Below are positions 50,001 to 62,511 of a stretch of 64,000 nt of DNA, in pieces. Below the pieces are notes generated by a model that was not told the DNA's origin, did no database searches, and was given only the letters and a program-made list of their open reading frames with translations. The position numbers and the translations under genes were made by a program. Positions within the stretch are counted from its first letter, which is position 1; every line of letters starts with the position of its first letter. This stretch comes from Nemertoderma westbladi (taxonomy: Eukaryota > Animalia > Xenacoelomorpha): NCBI GenBank assembly GCA_032718475.1, contig JAUCBJ010007809.1, positions 22,115-86,114 of the forward strand. Reading direction: 5' to 3'.

Positions 50001-50320
50001 TGCAGTTTACTATTTATCCTACTCAACTAATCAGTTTAAATTTCCCGCCAATTACATTTACCATATAAAAAAAACTGTACCATCAAGGTACTGTAACATT
50101 GTGAAAACGTTAGACACACGGAATACGGATTACGATGACTAATTTTAAATTAATAGGCGCGCTGCGATACATACATAGGTCGAAACTATTGGCTATAAAC
50201 TTTGAACGGAATTAGCTATTGAAAAACGGAGTTCAGTTTCGAAATCCTTGATAAAAATTGGTTCTAACTGGAAATTAAAAAAAAATTAGTTTTTTTTTTC
50301 CCAATTAGTGAACCCCCCCC
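47055..50320 (-). mobile_element. Autonomous-looking DNA transposon, Kolobok-like
   Basis: TTAA TSD (47051-47054 and 50321-50324), ~19-bp TIR G(8-9)TTCACTAATTG with RR...YY termini, and one transposase ORF. Confidence 0.85.
48091..49923 (-). CDS. DDE transposase with CxxH motif (Kolobok/Mutator-like clan), 610 aa
   Basis: FDGTWMRRGHKS (D), ISDGDS (D), KRECLNH (CxxH), TQNRNES (E), plus Cys/His clusters. Confidence 0.88.
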   Translation of the reverse strand: MPKYGKRKRSGFLGTHSSEVAKKHQPSWIAAKLQTIPSQGKFSGYTFISKECLKDLIISSHTKCDSSDVSISPVICSGYYSSYKAHCNFCGWEKTLDTGNKCPAPVGTKGRKTADINLRSVLAWLCVGGTQGQAKTFSRLMSLPSPIGKMPWMKHVKTISNITVAIARANARNCALMETNREIAISFDGTWMRRGHKSLYGVSFIISEETGHILDFDVCSKYCNVCSSRKRNSTDDDDNTEDSSDSDDSDSSGSPIDDDSDDSDSSGSPIDDDSDDSDSSGSPVDDDSDTSENSGCSADNVADHDCGITYSGSSGSMEPYLAVKLFNRSVENNNLIYAQIISDGDSSVMKSILEANPYQAEAITVEKRECLNHISKRVYKGLSKIRKDNKLGGKGGLTLVRCTQLASYYRNTVVSNIKGVDIKNISARDKNKLIKTIQTEIVAAVHHYCDYGSSIAKRHRKCPIDKWCKYKNGDRKYKAPSIIKQCDLVYILPLYERLASYDLISRCIPGATQNRNESLHSRLWTRCTKDKFVGLTTLMFHVAYTVLEHNRGASSEQLILRKLNLEEDDGILEQRVSEKNMKRQRKSATRKPSSKKRIVTDKADYSPGGF

Positions 50321-53300
50321 TTAAGATTATCTATCTCGTGGAGTGGGATAGAAGTTATAAATATGAAATAATTAATTCATCTTCAGGGGAAAGACGTAGC
50401 AAATAACAGCTGATTACTTCTATAAATGTAAGTGTTACCTGTTCATTTGACTTACATTTAAGATTCTCTATCTCTTGGAGTGGGTTAGAAGTTATAAATA
50501 TGAAAATCGATATGGTTATAGTAAAGAATCAGAGGATATTTTTATAAATTATTGCAGTAAAATACCAAGGATTTTGACATGGCTTTAATACTTCATTATG
50601 TTCATGAAATAGCTGAGATATTTGAGGTGAATTATTGTATTATGAGTTAACTTCAGCTCCAGTCACTTTGGCAATACGATGAAACTATAAAACATATTCG
50701 AGAACACAACAATATTAATAGGGAGATAGGATACTTATCTCTCCACTCATACAACCACAGATAGGGGGTGTTCTGACACAATCAAAATTCATTCATCTCC
50801 AGCGGAAATACGTAGCATATAACAGCTGATTACTGCTATAAATGTAAGTGTTACCTGTTCTTTTGACTTTCATTTAAGATTCTCTATCTCGTGGAGTGGG
50901 TTAGAAGTTATAAATATGAAAATCGATATGGTTTTAGTAAAGAATCAGAGGATATTTTGATAAATTATTGCAGAAAAATACCAAGGATTTTGACATGGCT
51001 TTAATACTTCATTATGTTCATGAAATAGCTGAGATATTTGAGGTGAATTATTGTATTATGAGTTAACTTCAGCTCCAGTCACTTTGGCAATACGATGAAA
51101 CTATAATAAATATTCTAGAACACAACAATATTAATAGGGAGATAGGCTACTTATCTCTCCACTCAGAAAGCCACATATAGGGGGTGTTCTGACACAATCA
51201 AAATTCATCCATTTTCAGCGGAAAGACGTAGCAAATAACAGCTGATTACTTCTATAAATGTAAGTGTTACCTGTTCTTTTGACTTTCATTTAAGATTATC
51301 TATCTCGTGGAGTGGGTTAGAAGTTATAAATATTAAAATCGATATGGTTATATTAAAGAATCAGAGGATAGTTTGATAAATTATTGCAGAAAAATACCAA
51401 GGATTTTGACATGGCTTTAATACATCATTATGTTCATGAAATAGCTGAGATATTTGAGGTGAATTATTGCATTACATAATAACTTTAGCTCCAGCCACTT
51501 TAGCAATACGATGAATCAATAATAAATATTCTAGAACACAGCAATATTAATAGGGAGATAGGCTACTTATCTCTCCATGCATACAACCACAGATAGGGGG
51601 TGTTCTGACACAATCAAAATTCATTCATCTTCAGCGGAAAGACGTAGCAAATAACAGCTGATTACTTCTATAAATGTAAGTTTTACCTGTTCTTTTGACT
51701 TTCATTTAAGATTATCTATCTCGTGGAGTGGGTTAGAAGTTATAAATATTAAAATCGATATGGTTATATTAAAGAATCAGAGGATATTTTGATAAATTAT
51801 TGCAGAAAAACACCAGTGATTTTGACATGGCTTTAATACTTCATTATGTTCATGAAATAGCTGTGATATTTGAGGTGAATTATTGCATTACATAATAACT
51901 TTAGCTCCAGTCACTTTAGCAATACGATGAATGAATAATAAATATTCTAGAACACAGCAATATTAATAGGGAGATAGGCTACTTATCTCTCCACGCATAC
52001 AACCACAGATAGGGGGTGTTCTGACACAATCAAAATTCATTCATCTTCAGCGTAAAGACGTAGCAAATAACAGCTGATTACTTCTATAAATGTAAGTGTT
52101 ACCTGTTCTTTTGACTTTCATTTAAGATTCTCTATCTCGTGGAGTGGGTTAGAAGATATAAATGAGAAAATCGATATGGTTTTTAAAAAAAATATGAGGA
52201 TATTTTGATAAATTATTACAGAAAAACACCAAGTATTTTGACATGGCTTTAATACTTCATTATGTTCATGAAATAGCTGTGATATTTGAGGTGAATTATT
52301 GCATTACATAATAACTTTAGCTCCAGCCACTTTAGCAATACGATGAAACTATAATAAATATTCTAGAACACAACAATATTAACAGGGAGATAGGCTACTT
52401 ATCTCTCCACTCATAAAGCCACAGATAGGGGGTGTTCAAATGCAATCAAAATTCATCCATCTCCAGCGGAAAGACGTAGCAAATAACAGCTGATTACTGC
52501 TATAAATGTAAGTGTTACCTGTTCTTTTGACGTTCATTTAAGATTATCTATCTCGTGGAGTGGGATAGAAGTTATAAATATGAAATAATTAATTCATCTT
52601 CAGGGGAAAGACGTAGCAAATAACAGCTGATTACTTCTATAAATGTAAGTGTTACCTGTTCATTTGACTTACATTTAAGATTCTCTATCTCTTGGAGTGG
52701 GTTATAAGTTATAAATATGAAAATCGATATGGTTATAGTAAAGAATCAGAGGATATTTTTATAAATTATTGCAGAAAAATACCAAGGATTTTGACATGGC
52801 TTTAATACTTCATTATGTTCATAAAATAGCTGAGATATTTGAGGTGAATTATTGTATTATGAGTTAACTTCAGCTCCAGTCACTTTGGCAATACGATGAA
52901 ACTATAAAACATATTCGAGAACACAACAATATTAATAGGGAGATAGGATACTTATCTCTCCACTCATACAACCACAGATAGGGGGTGTTCTGACACAATC
53001 AAAATTCATTCATCTCCAGCGGAAATACGTAGCATATAAAAGCTGATTACTGCTATAAATGTAAGTGTTACCTGTGCTTTTGACTTTCATTTAAGATTCT
53101 CTATCTCGTGGAGTGGGTTAGAAGTTATAAATATGGAAATCGATATGGTTTTAGTAAAGAATCAGAGGATATTTTGATAAATTATTGCAGAAAAATACCA
53201 AGGATTTTGACATGGCTTTAATACTTCATTATGTTCATGAAATAGCTGAGATATTTGAGGTGAATTATTGTATTATGAGTTAACTTCAGCTCCAGTCACT

Positions 53301-56300
53301 TTGGCAATACGATGAAACTATAATAAATATTCTAGAACACAACAATATTAATAGGGAGATAGGCTACTTATCTCTCCACTCAGAAAGCCACATATAGGGG
53401 GTGTTCTGACACAATCAAAATTCATCCATTTCCAGCGGAAAGACGTAGCAAATTACAGGTGATTACTTGTATAAATGTAAGTGTTACCTGTTCTTTTGAC
53501 TTTCATTTAAGATTATCTATCTCGTGGAGTGGGTTAGAAGTTATAAATATTAAAATCGATATGGTTATATTAAAGAATCTGAGGATAGTTTGATAAATTA
53601 TTGCAGAAAAATACCAAGGATTTTGACATGGCTTTAATACTTCATTATGTTCATGAAATAGCTGAGATATTTGAGGTGTATTATTGTATTATGAGTTAAC
53701 TTCAGCTCCAGTCACTTTGGCAATACGATGAAACTATAAAAAATATTCTAGAACACAACAATATGAATAGGGAGATAGGATACTTATCTCTCCACTCATA
53801 CAACCACAGATAGGGGGTGTTCTGACACAATCAAAATTCATTCATCTCCAGCGGAAATACGTAGCATATAACAGCTGATTACTTCTATAAATGTAAGTGT
53901 TACCTGTTCTTTTGACTTTCATTTAAGATTATCTATCTCGTGGAGTGGGTTAGAAGTTATAAATATTAAAATCGATATGGTTATATTAAAGAATCAGAGG
54001 ATAGTTTAATAAATTATTGCAGAAAAATACCAAGGATTTTGACATGGCTTTAATACTTCATTATGTTCATGAAATAGCTGAGATATTTGAGGTTAATTAT
54101 TGCATTACATAATAACTTTAGCTCCAGCCACTTTAGCAATACGATGAATCAATAATTAATATTCTAGAACACAGCAATATTAATAGGGAGATAGGCTACT
54201 TATCTCTCCACGCATACAACCACAGATAGGGGGTGTTCTGACACAATCAAAATTCATTCATCTTCAGCGTAAAGACGTAGCAAATAACAGCTGATTACTT
54301 CTATAAATGTAAGTGTTACCTGTTCTTTTGACTTTCATTTAAGATTCTCTATCTCGTGGAGTGGGTTAGAAGATATAAATGAGAAAATCGATATGGTTTT
54401 TAAAAAAAATATGAGGATATTTTGATAAATTATTACAGAAAAACACCAAGTATTTTGACATGGCTTTAATACTTCATTATGTTCATGAAATAGCTGTGAT
54501 ATTTGAGGTGAATTATTGCATTACATAATAACTTTAGCTCCAGCCACTTTAGCAATACGATGAAACTATAATAAATATTCTAGAACACAACAATATTAAC
54601 AGGGAGATAGGCTACTTATCTCTCCACTCATAAAGCCACATATAGGGGGTGTTCAAATGCAATCAAAATTCATCCATCTCCAGCGGAAAGACGTAGCAAA
54701 TAACAGCTGATTACTGCTATAAATGTAAGTGTTACCTGTTCTTTTGACGTTCATTTAAGATTATCTATCTCGTGGAGTGGGATAGAAGTTATAAATATGA
54801 AATAATTAATTCATCTTCAGGGGAAAGACGTAGCAAATAACAGCTGATTACTTCTATAAATGTAAGTGTTACCTGTTCATTTGACTTACATTTAAGATTC
54901 TCTATCTCTTGGAGTGGGTTATAAGTTATAAATATGAAAATCGATATGGTTATAGTAAAGAATCAGAGGATATTTTTATAAATTATTGCAGAAAAATACC
55001 AAGGATTTTGACATGGCTTTAATACTTCATTATGTTCATAAAATAGCTGAGATATTTGAGGTGTATTATGAGTTAACTTCAGCTCCAGTCACTTTGGCAA
55101 TACGATGAAACTATAAAACATATTCGAGAACACAACAATATTAATAGGGAGATAGGATACTTATCTCTCCACTCATACAACCACAGATAGGGGGTGTTCT
55201 GACACAATCAAAATTCATTCATCTCCAGCGGAAATACGTAGCATATAAAAGCTGATTACTGCTATAAATGTAAGTGTTACCTGTGCTTTTGACTTTCATT
55301 TAAGATTCTCTATCTCGTGGAGTGGGTTAGAAGTTATAAATATGGAAATCGATATGGTTTTAGTAAAGAATCAGAGGATATTTTGATAAATTATTGCAGA
55401 AAAATACCAAGGATTTTGACATGGCTTTAATACTTCATTATGTTCATGAAATAGCTGAGATATTTGAGGTGAATTATTGTATTATGAGTTAACTTCAGCT
55501 CCAGTCACTTTGGCAATACGATGAAACTATAATAAATATTCTAGAACACAACAATATTAATAGGGAGATAGGCTACTTATCTCTCCACTCAGAAAGCCAC
55601 ATATAGGGGGTGTTCTGACACAATCAAAATTCATCCATTTCCAGCGGAAAGACGTAGCAAATTACAGGTGATTACTTGTATAAATGTAAGTGTTTCCTGT
55701 TCTTTTGACTTTCATTTAAGATTATCTATCTCGTGGAGTGGGTTAGAAGTTATAAATATTAAAATCGATATGGTTATATTAAAGAATCTGAGGATAGTTT
55801 GATAAATTATTGCAGAAAAATACCAAGGATTTTGACATGGCTTTAATACTTCATTATGTTCATGAAATAGCTGAGATATTTGAGGTGTATTATTGTATTA
55901 TGAGTTAACTTCAGCTCCAGTCACTTTGGCAATACGATGAAACTATAAAAAATATTCTAGAACACAACAATATGAATAGGGAGATAGGATACTTATCTCT
56001 CCACTCATACAACCACAGATAGGGGGTGTTCTGACACAATCAAAATTCATTCATCTCCAGCGGAAATACGTAGCATATAACAGCTGATTACTTCTATAAA
56101 TGTAAGTGTTACCTGTTCTTTTGACTTTCATTTAAGATTATCTATCTCGTGGAGTGGGTTAGAAGTTAAAAATATTAAAATCGATATGGTTATATTAAAG
56201 AATCAGAGGATAGTTTAATAAATTATTGCAGAAAAATACCAAGGATTTTGACATGGCTTTAATACTTCATTATGTTCATGAAATAGCTGAGATATTTGAG

Positions 56301-59300
56301 GTTAATTATTGCATTACATAATAACTTTAGCTCCAGCCACTTTAGCAATACGATGAATCAATAATAAATATTCTAGAACACAGCAATATTAATAGGGAGA
56401 TAGGCTACTTATCTCTCCATGCATACAACCACAGATAGGGGGTGTTCTGACACAATCAAAATTCATTCATCTTCAGCAGAAAGACGTAGCAAATAAAAGC
56501 TGATTACTTCTATAAATGTAAGTGTTACCTGTTCTTTTGACTTTCATTTAAGATTCTCTATCTCATGGAGTGGGTTGGAAGATATAAATAAGAAAATCGA
56601 TATAGTTTTTAAAAAAAATATGAGGATATTTTTATAAATTATTACAGAAAAACACCAAGTATTATGACATGGCTTTAATACTTCATTATGTTGATGAAAT
56701 AGCTGTGATATTTGAGGTGAATTATTGCATTACATAATAACTTTAGCTCCATCCACTTTAGCAATACGATGAAACTATAATAAATATTCTAGAACACAAC
56801 AATATTAACCGGGAGATAGGCTACTTATTTCTCCACTCATACAGCCACAGATAGGGGGTGTTCAAAAGCAATCAAAATTCATCCATCTCCAGCGGAAAGA
56901 CGTAGCAAATAACAGCTGATTACTGCTATAAATGTAAGTGTTACCTGTTCTTTTGACGTTCATTTAAGATTATCTATCTCGTGGAGTGGGATAGAAGTTA
57001 TAAATATGAAATAATTAATTCATCTTCAGGGGAAAGACGTAGCAAATAACAGCTGATTACTTCTATAAATGTAAGTGTTACCTGTTCTTTTGACTTACAT
57101 TTAAGATTCTCTATCTCTTGGAGTGGGTTAGAAGTTATAAATATGAAAATCGATATGGTTATAGTAAAGAATCAGACGATATTTTGATAAATTATTGCAG
57201 AAAAATACCAAGGATTTTGACATGGCTTTAATACTTCATTATGTTCATGAAATAGCTGAGATATTTGAGGTGAATTATTGTATTATGAGTTAACTTCAGC
57301 TCCAGTCACTTTGGCAATACGATGAAACTATAAAACATATTCAAGAACACAACAATATTAATAGGGAGATAGGATACTTATCTCTCCACTCATACAACCA
57401 CAGATAGGGGGTGTTCTGACACAATCAAAATTCATTCATCTCCAGCGGAAATACGTAGCATATAACAGCTGATTACTGCTATAAATGTAAGTGTTACCTG
57501 TTCTTTTGACTTTCATTTAAGATTCTCTATCTCGTGGAGTGGGTTAGAAGTTATAAATATGAAAATCGATATGGTTTTAGTAAAGAATCAGAGGATATTT
57601 TGATAAATTATTGCAGAAAAATACCAAGGATTTTGACATGGCTTTAATACTTCATTATGTTCATGAAATAGCTGAGATATTTTAGGTGAATTATTGTATT
57701 ATGAGTTAACTTCAGCTTCAGTCACTTTGGCAATGCGAAGAAACTATAAAAAATATTCTAGAACACAACAATATTAATAGGGAGATAGGCTACTTATATC
57801 TCCACTCAGAAAGCCACAGATAGGGGGTGTTCTGACACAATCAAAATTCATACATCTCCAGCGGAAAGACGTAGCAAATAACAGCTGATTACTTCTATAA
57901 ATGTAAGTGTTACCTGTTCTTTTGACGTTCATTTAAGATTATCTATCTCGTGGAGTGGGATAGAAGTTATAAATATGAAATTCGATATGGTTTTTGAAAA
58001 AAATCAGAGGATATTTTGATAAATTATTGCAGAAAAACACCAGTGATTTTGACATGGCTTTAATACTTCATTATGTTCATGAAATAGCTGAGATATTTGA
58101 GGTGAATTATTGCATTACATAATAACTTTAGATCCAGCCACTTTAGCAATACGATAAAACAATAATAAATATTCTATAACACAACAATATTAATAGGGAG
58201 ATAGGCTACTTATCTCCCCACTCATACAACCACAGTTAGGGGGTGTCCCGACACAATCAAAATTCATTCATCTTCAGCGGAAAGACGTAGCAAATAACAG
58301 CTGATTACTTCTATAAATGTAAGTGTTACCTGTTCTTTTGATTTCATTTAAGATTTTCTATCTCGTGGAGTGGGTTAGAAGATATAAATAAGAAAATCGA
58401 TATGGTTTTTGAAAAAAAAACAGAGGATATTTTGATAAATTATTGCAGAAAAACACCAATAATTTTGACATGGCTTTAATACTTCATTATGTTCATAAAT
58501 AGCTGAGATATTTGAGGTGAATTATTGCATTACATAATAACTTTAGCTCCAGTCACTTTGGCAATACGATGAAACTATAATAAATATTCTAGAACACAAC
58601 AATATTAATAGGGAGATAGGCTACTTATCTCTCCACTCAGAAAGCCACAGATAGGGGGTGTTCTGACACAATCAAAAGTCATTCATCTTCAGCGGAAAGA
58701 CATAGCATATAACAGCTGATAACTGCTATAAATTAAGTGTTACCTGTTCGTTTGACTTTCATTTAAGATAAGATTCTCTATCACGTGGAGTGGGTTAGAA
58801 GTTATAAATATTAAAATCGATATGGTTATAGTAAAGAATCAGAGGATATTTTGATAAATTATTGCAGAAAAATACCAAGGATTTTGACATGGCTTTAATA
58901 CTTCATTATGTTCATGAAATAGCTGAGATATTTGAGGTGAATTATTGTATTATGAGTTAACTTCAGCTCCAGTCACTTTGGCAATAATACGATGAAACTA
59001 AAAAAATATTCTAGAACACAACAATATTAATAGGGAGATAGGCTACTTATCTGTCCACTCAGAAAGCCACAGATAGGGGGTGTTCTGACACAATCAAAAT
59101 TCATCCATCTTGTAAAAGCTTTTGTGGGATAACTGATTCGTTTGCCTTGTTGGCCAGTTCCCCCCCAGTCGCTAAGAATACTCTCAAAGTGATCTATAGT
59201 TAAAAATAGTGCAAGTTACCAGCTTATTGGCTGATTTGCTGTACGCAGGCATCTGGGCTCTGTTTAATCGGCCAACAAGCCTAGGGAGGTTGCGTCATAG

Positions 59301-60639
59301 CCTTGTTTTTGTATCTCCCAATAGAATTTGAGTCAGCCTTGATTTTGACCTATCACAGAGCTGCTGAACTGAAAATTTCCTATCTCACTGCTCTTTCTCT
59401 GTGTTGAACGGGAGCTTCGTGGAATAAGGGAGTTGGTATCCTCGTATAGAGCAGTAGTCACGAGTTTTTCAAAGCCACGAAAGAACGGCTTTTTAGAGTT
59501 TTATGTTTTCTGCTTTTTAGCGCAACACTAGTAGGTTTAATTATAAGGACATATATCCTTTAACTGCACCTCGCATTTAACTCGCATTTGACACACCATA
59601 GTCACGGCCTTTAATAACTGGCTTTGTGAGTACTGCATACTGCTATTTGTTGTCGGTTATTCATTATATTTGTTGATGAATTATTATATTGGAATAACGA
59701 GAAATAACCCCGACACCCAATATTCTTGATATACCGAAGGTAAGAGAGAAAGGTTACAGATAAACGATTGTGACTTATGTTAAAGTGGTTTGAAGTGAAT
59801 CTAATGTTATTTGATAGACCCTACATGAGTCAGTCTGTGTTCCTTTTATATGTGACTAAAATCAGTGAAGATCGGCAGATTAGTGTGCAGTATTGTGCAG
59901 CATTGTGTATGAGTGAGTCTGTTAAAGAAGCATTCCTAAAGAATGCGCCATATATGTGAATTATAATTAAGCCATATCGTTGTGAGTAGTTTAAGTCATA
60001 ACTCTGTTTATGTAGATAAAGCGCCACGTCCTAAAGGAACTGTTAATATTACCGAAGGTGAATAATATTGTCAGAGATTATATAATACTGTCAGTCGAAT
60101 AATACATTAGGCTTACATAGCAATAAAATTAAACCGTCGAACCCAATCTCCCGGGAATATCCAGCGGGTGAATGGTCGCGCACGGATTGGTTTCGACTAG
60201 TGTAGTGAATCAAATACTTGTCATAGGCTAAAAAGCGATTTAATATCTAGAAGACATCTTAATTTGGCGGGTTAAACTGCCAAAGGTCTGAAAGCGCGAA
60301 CATTAAAGGATATAGCTTCTTTGTTGCAGTAAGCAATAAAGTTGAAAGTACCGGTCAACCGGTAAACCTGAATCGGTACATCTGTAGGTCAGTAGGCCCA
60401 ACCGCTAGAACCGGTACTTCTGTAGGTCCGTAGGCCTAACTGTCCTAACCGGTACTTCCCGTATAAGTACATTAGTATTATTCGATTTGATTGTTGTATA
60501 CCGGTAGGTCTTAGTATTTAATCAGGGAACGGCCGCCCTGGTTTTTTATTGAGATTTTACTTATTTCTGTCAAGTTTTATTTGTTTGTAGGCCAGTATTG
60601 AACAGAAGGCGTGTAAACCTGATCAGATTGTACAGACGA

Positions 60640-61210
60640 TTTGTAGGCTGAACTGTTGTCTGATTGCTGTTAGGTCCGAACGAATTGCAGTGTGTGTAGA
60701 TCACCTGTCCGATTAAGTACGATTAGGCAGTAGGGGCAGCGAACGCTGTAAGGTAAACCCCCAACTAAAGAATAAGTCGCACTACTGGGTTAGAGCGCAT
60801 ACTCCCTAATCATTTCGGAGTCTGCATGTCCTGTAGTTTATTTAGGCTTGAGAGTAGTCTGCCATCGTTTAGTCTGTACTTTGTTTGTGTAAGTCTGTAC
60901 GGGTAGCGTATAATTTTATTTAGATAATTTGTAGGCTGGATAGTTGTCTGGCTGTTATTAGGTCTGAGCGGATTGCCGCGTGTGTAGATCATCTGTCCGA
61001 TTAAGTACGGTTAGGCAGTAGGGGCAGCGAACGCTGTAAGGTAAACCCCCAACTAAAGAATAAGTCGCACTACTGGGTTAGAGCGCATACTCCCTAATCA
61101 TTTCGGAGTCTGCATATACCGTAGTTTGTTTAGGCTTGATAGTAGTCTGTCAGTGTTCGGTCTGTATTTTGTTTGAGTAGTTTGTACGCGTAGCGTAATA
61201 TTTATTATTC
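60640..61210 (+). repeat. ~288-bp tandem duplication in the leader
   Basis: CCAACTAAAGAATAAGTCGCACTACTGGG at 60761 and 61049. Confidence 0.9.
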
Positions 61211-62139
61211 AGAGTTTATGCGATTATTCGCAACATTCATTCCCCAAGTTTATTCCTACAGTAATTGTGTTTGTTATACATACCGCTATAGTTAAATTAA
61301 CCCCGGTACTACACGGGCTGCTTGGCGTAGGTAAAGACTGGTGATTTTGTGCATCGGTCACTCCAGCAGATGCCGTGGTTCTTTTAGCTGTTCAAGTATA
61401 TCTAACTACTGATTATATGTTGTACAAGTACTCGTACCTAATTTAGGGTTTAGTGTACAGTACTTTCCGAAGTAATTATTGTAGACATTATATCTGTGTT
61501 GTAAAGTGGTTGATAGGCACATTCGATTAGCTCTATTAACTTCTAGGTAGGAACACTCCGTGATACATAACGTAGAACCTATAGCGATACGGCTATAGGT
61601 CGTCAGGCGGTGGTATTTTCCTATCTAGACAACGCAGTGTATTTACTACTACTTATTATTTCAAATACTGTAGTACCCTGTCCGTTGTAATAACCGGTTA
61701 TCTAACCCTTTGTTAGGCTGGTTTGTAGACTTCTTGTAAAATTACCCTAAAAATTCGTATTTTGTGTTTTTTTGTAAATTTTTGTGTTTATTTAGAGATT
61801 GTAATCTCACCCGAATTGTACGTAATTTGTGGCATTAAGTAACTTAGGTAAATTAGTATTATTTGTTTTAGTGTCCTATAAGTAACACTTCATTGAAAGC
61901 GCACCGCTTTGTGTAGTGATTACTCCCCAGAAATAATAACATTTATTTCAAACATTGACTAAACCCATTAAAACGGGTATATATATATTATAAATCAAAT
62001 CTAACGATTTATAAATAGTAGGCCTACCATATAACAATTAGGTCTCCATATCAGTTGGACTACTGCTCAAATAACGGTAATAAAGTAAGTAAAGTAACAA
62101 AGTAACCCTAAAGTAACAGAAATTCAATTATTTGAAATA

Positions 62140-62400
62140 ATTGATATACCGGTATTTACGATAGGCCTATTATCTTTATTTCTATAAATCTAGGCTGAAA
62201 TTATACCGGTATTTGTAATTAATTCTATTTCAGAATTATATATCCTACAAACTGTAAGCTGTATACCGGTATTCCAGATAGGCCTATTATATATTTATAT
62301 ATATTGGTGCTAAAATTATACCGGTATTCTGTGATAAACCTAGTCTGTAATAATACTTATATACTTATATATACTATAAGTATACCGGTATTCTAATATA
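62140..62400 (+). repeat. Degenerate ~60-bp repeats with palindromic core ATACCGGTAT
   Basis: Five copies of ATACCGGTATT just upstream of the ORF. Confidence 0.75.
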
Positions 62401-62511
62401 TTATATATACCACGCTGCATTGAGTAGCAATACTGGTAATTAATTATTAGGCTAACAGTTAATACTGAGTTACTAGACTTACTCAGACTGTAATACAGCA
62501 GTAGACATTCA

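Larger units (their letters stand above)
44735..59110 (-). repeat. Main 417-bp satellite array, - orientation, with a ~2217-bp higher-order repeat
   Basis: Continuous monomers apart from the 47055-50320 insertion. Truncated-monomer junction GAAATAATTAATTC at 50365, 52582, 54799 and 57008. Confidence 0.97.

Noticed and set aside
47055-50320. piggyBac element, because of the TTAA TSD
   Set aside because: The termini are GG rather than CC, and the transposase motifs are not piggyBac-like.
44735-59110. Hammerhead ribozyme or coding function in the satellite monomer
   Set aside because: No conserved CTGANGA core with matching stems found by eye; only short dyads and incidental ORFs.
2160-59110. 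Site-specific targeting of one position in the satellite monomer
   Set aside because: The insertion points (GTTTC, ATTGT, AATAT, GTATT, CATCT, TTAA) lie at different monomer positions; the only shared site is explained by duplication.
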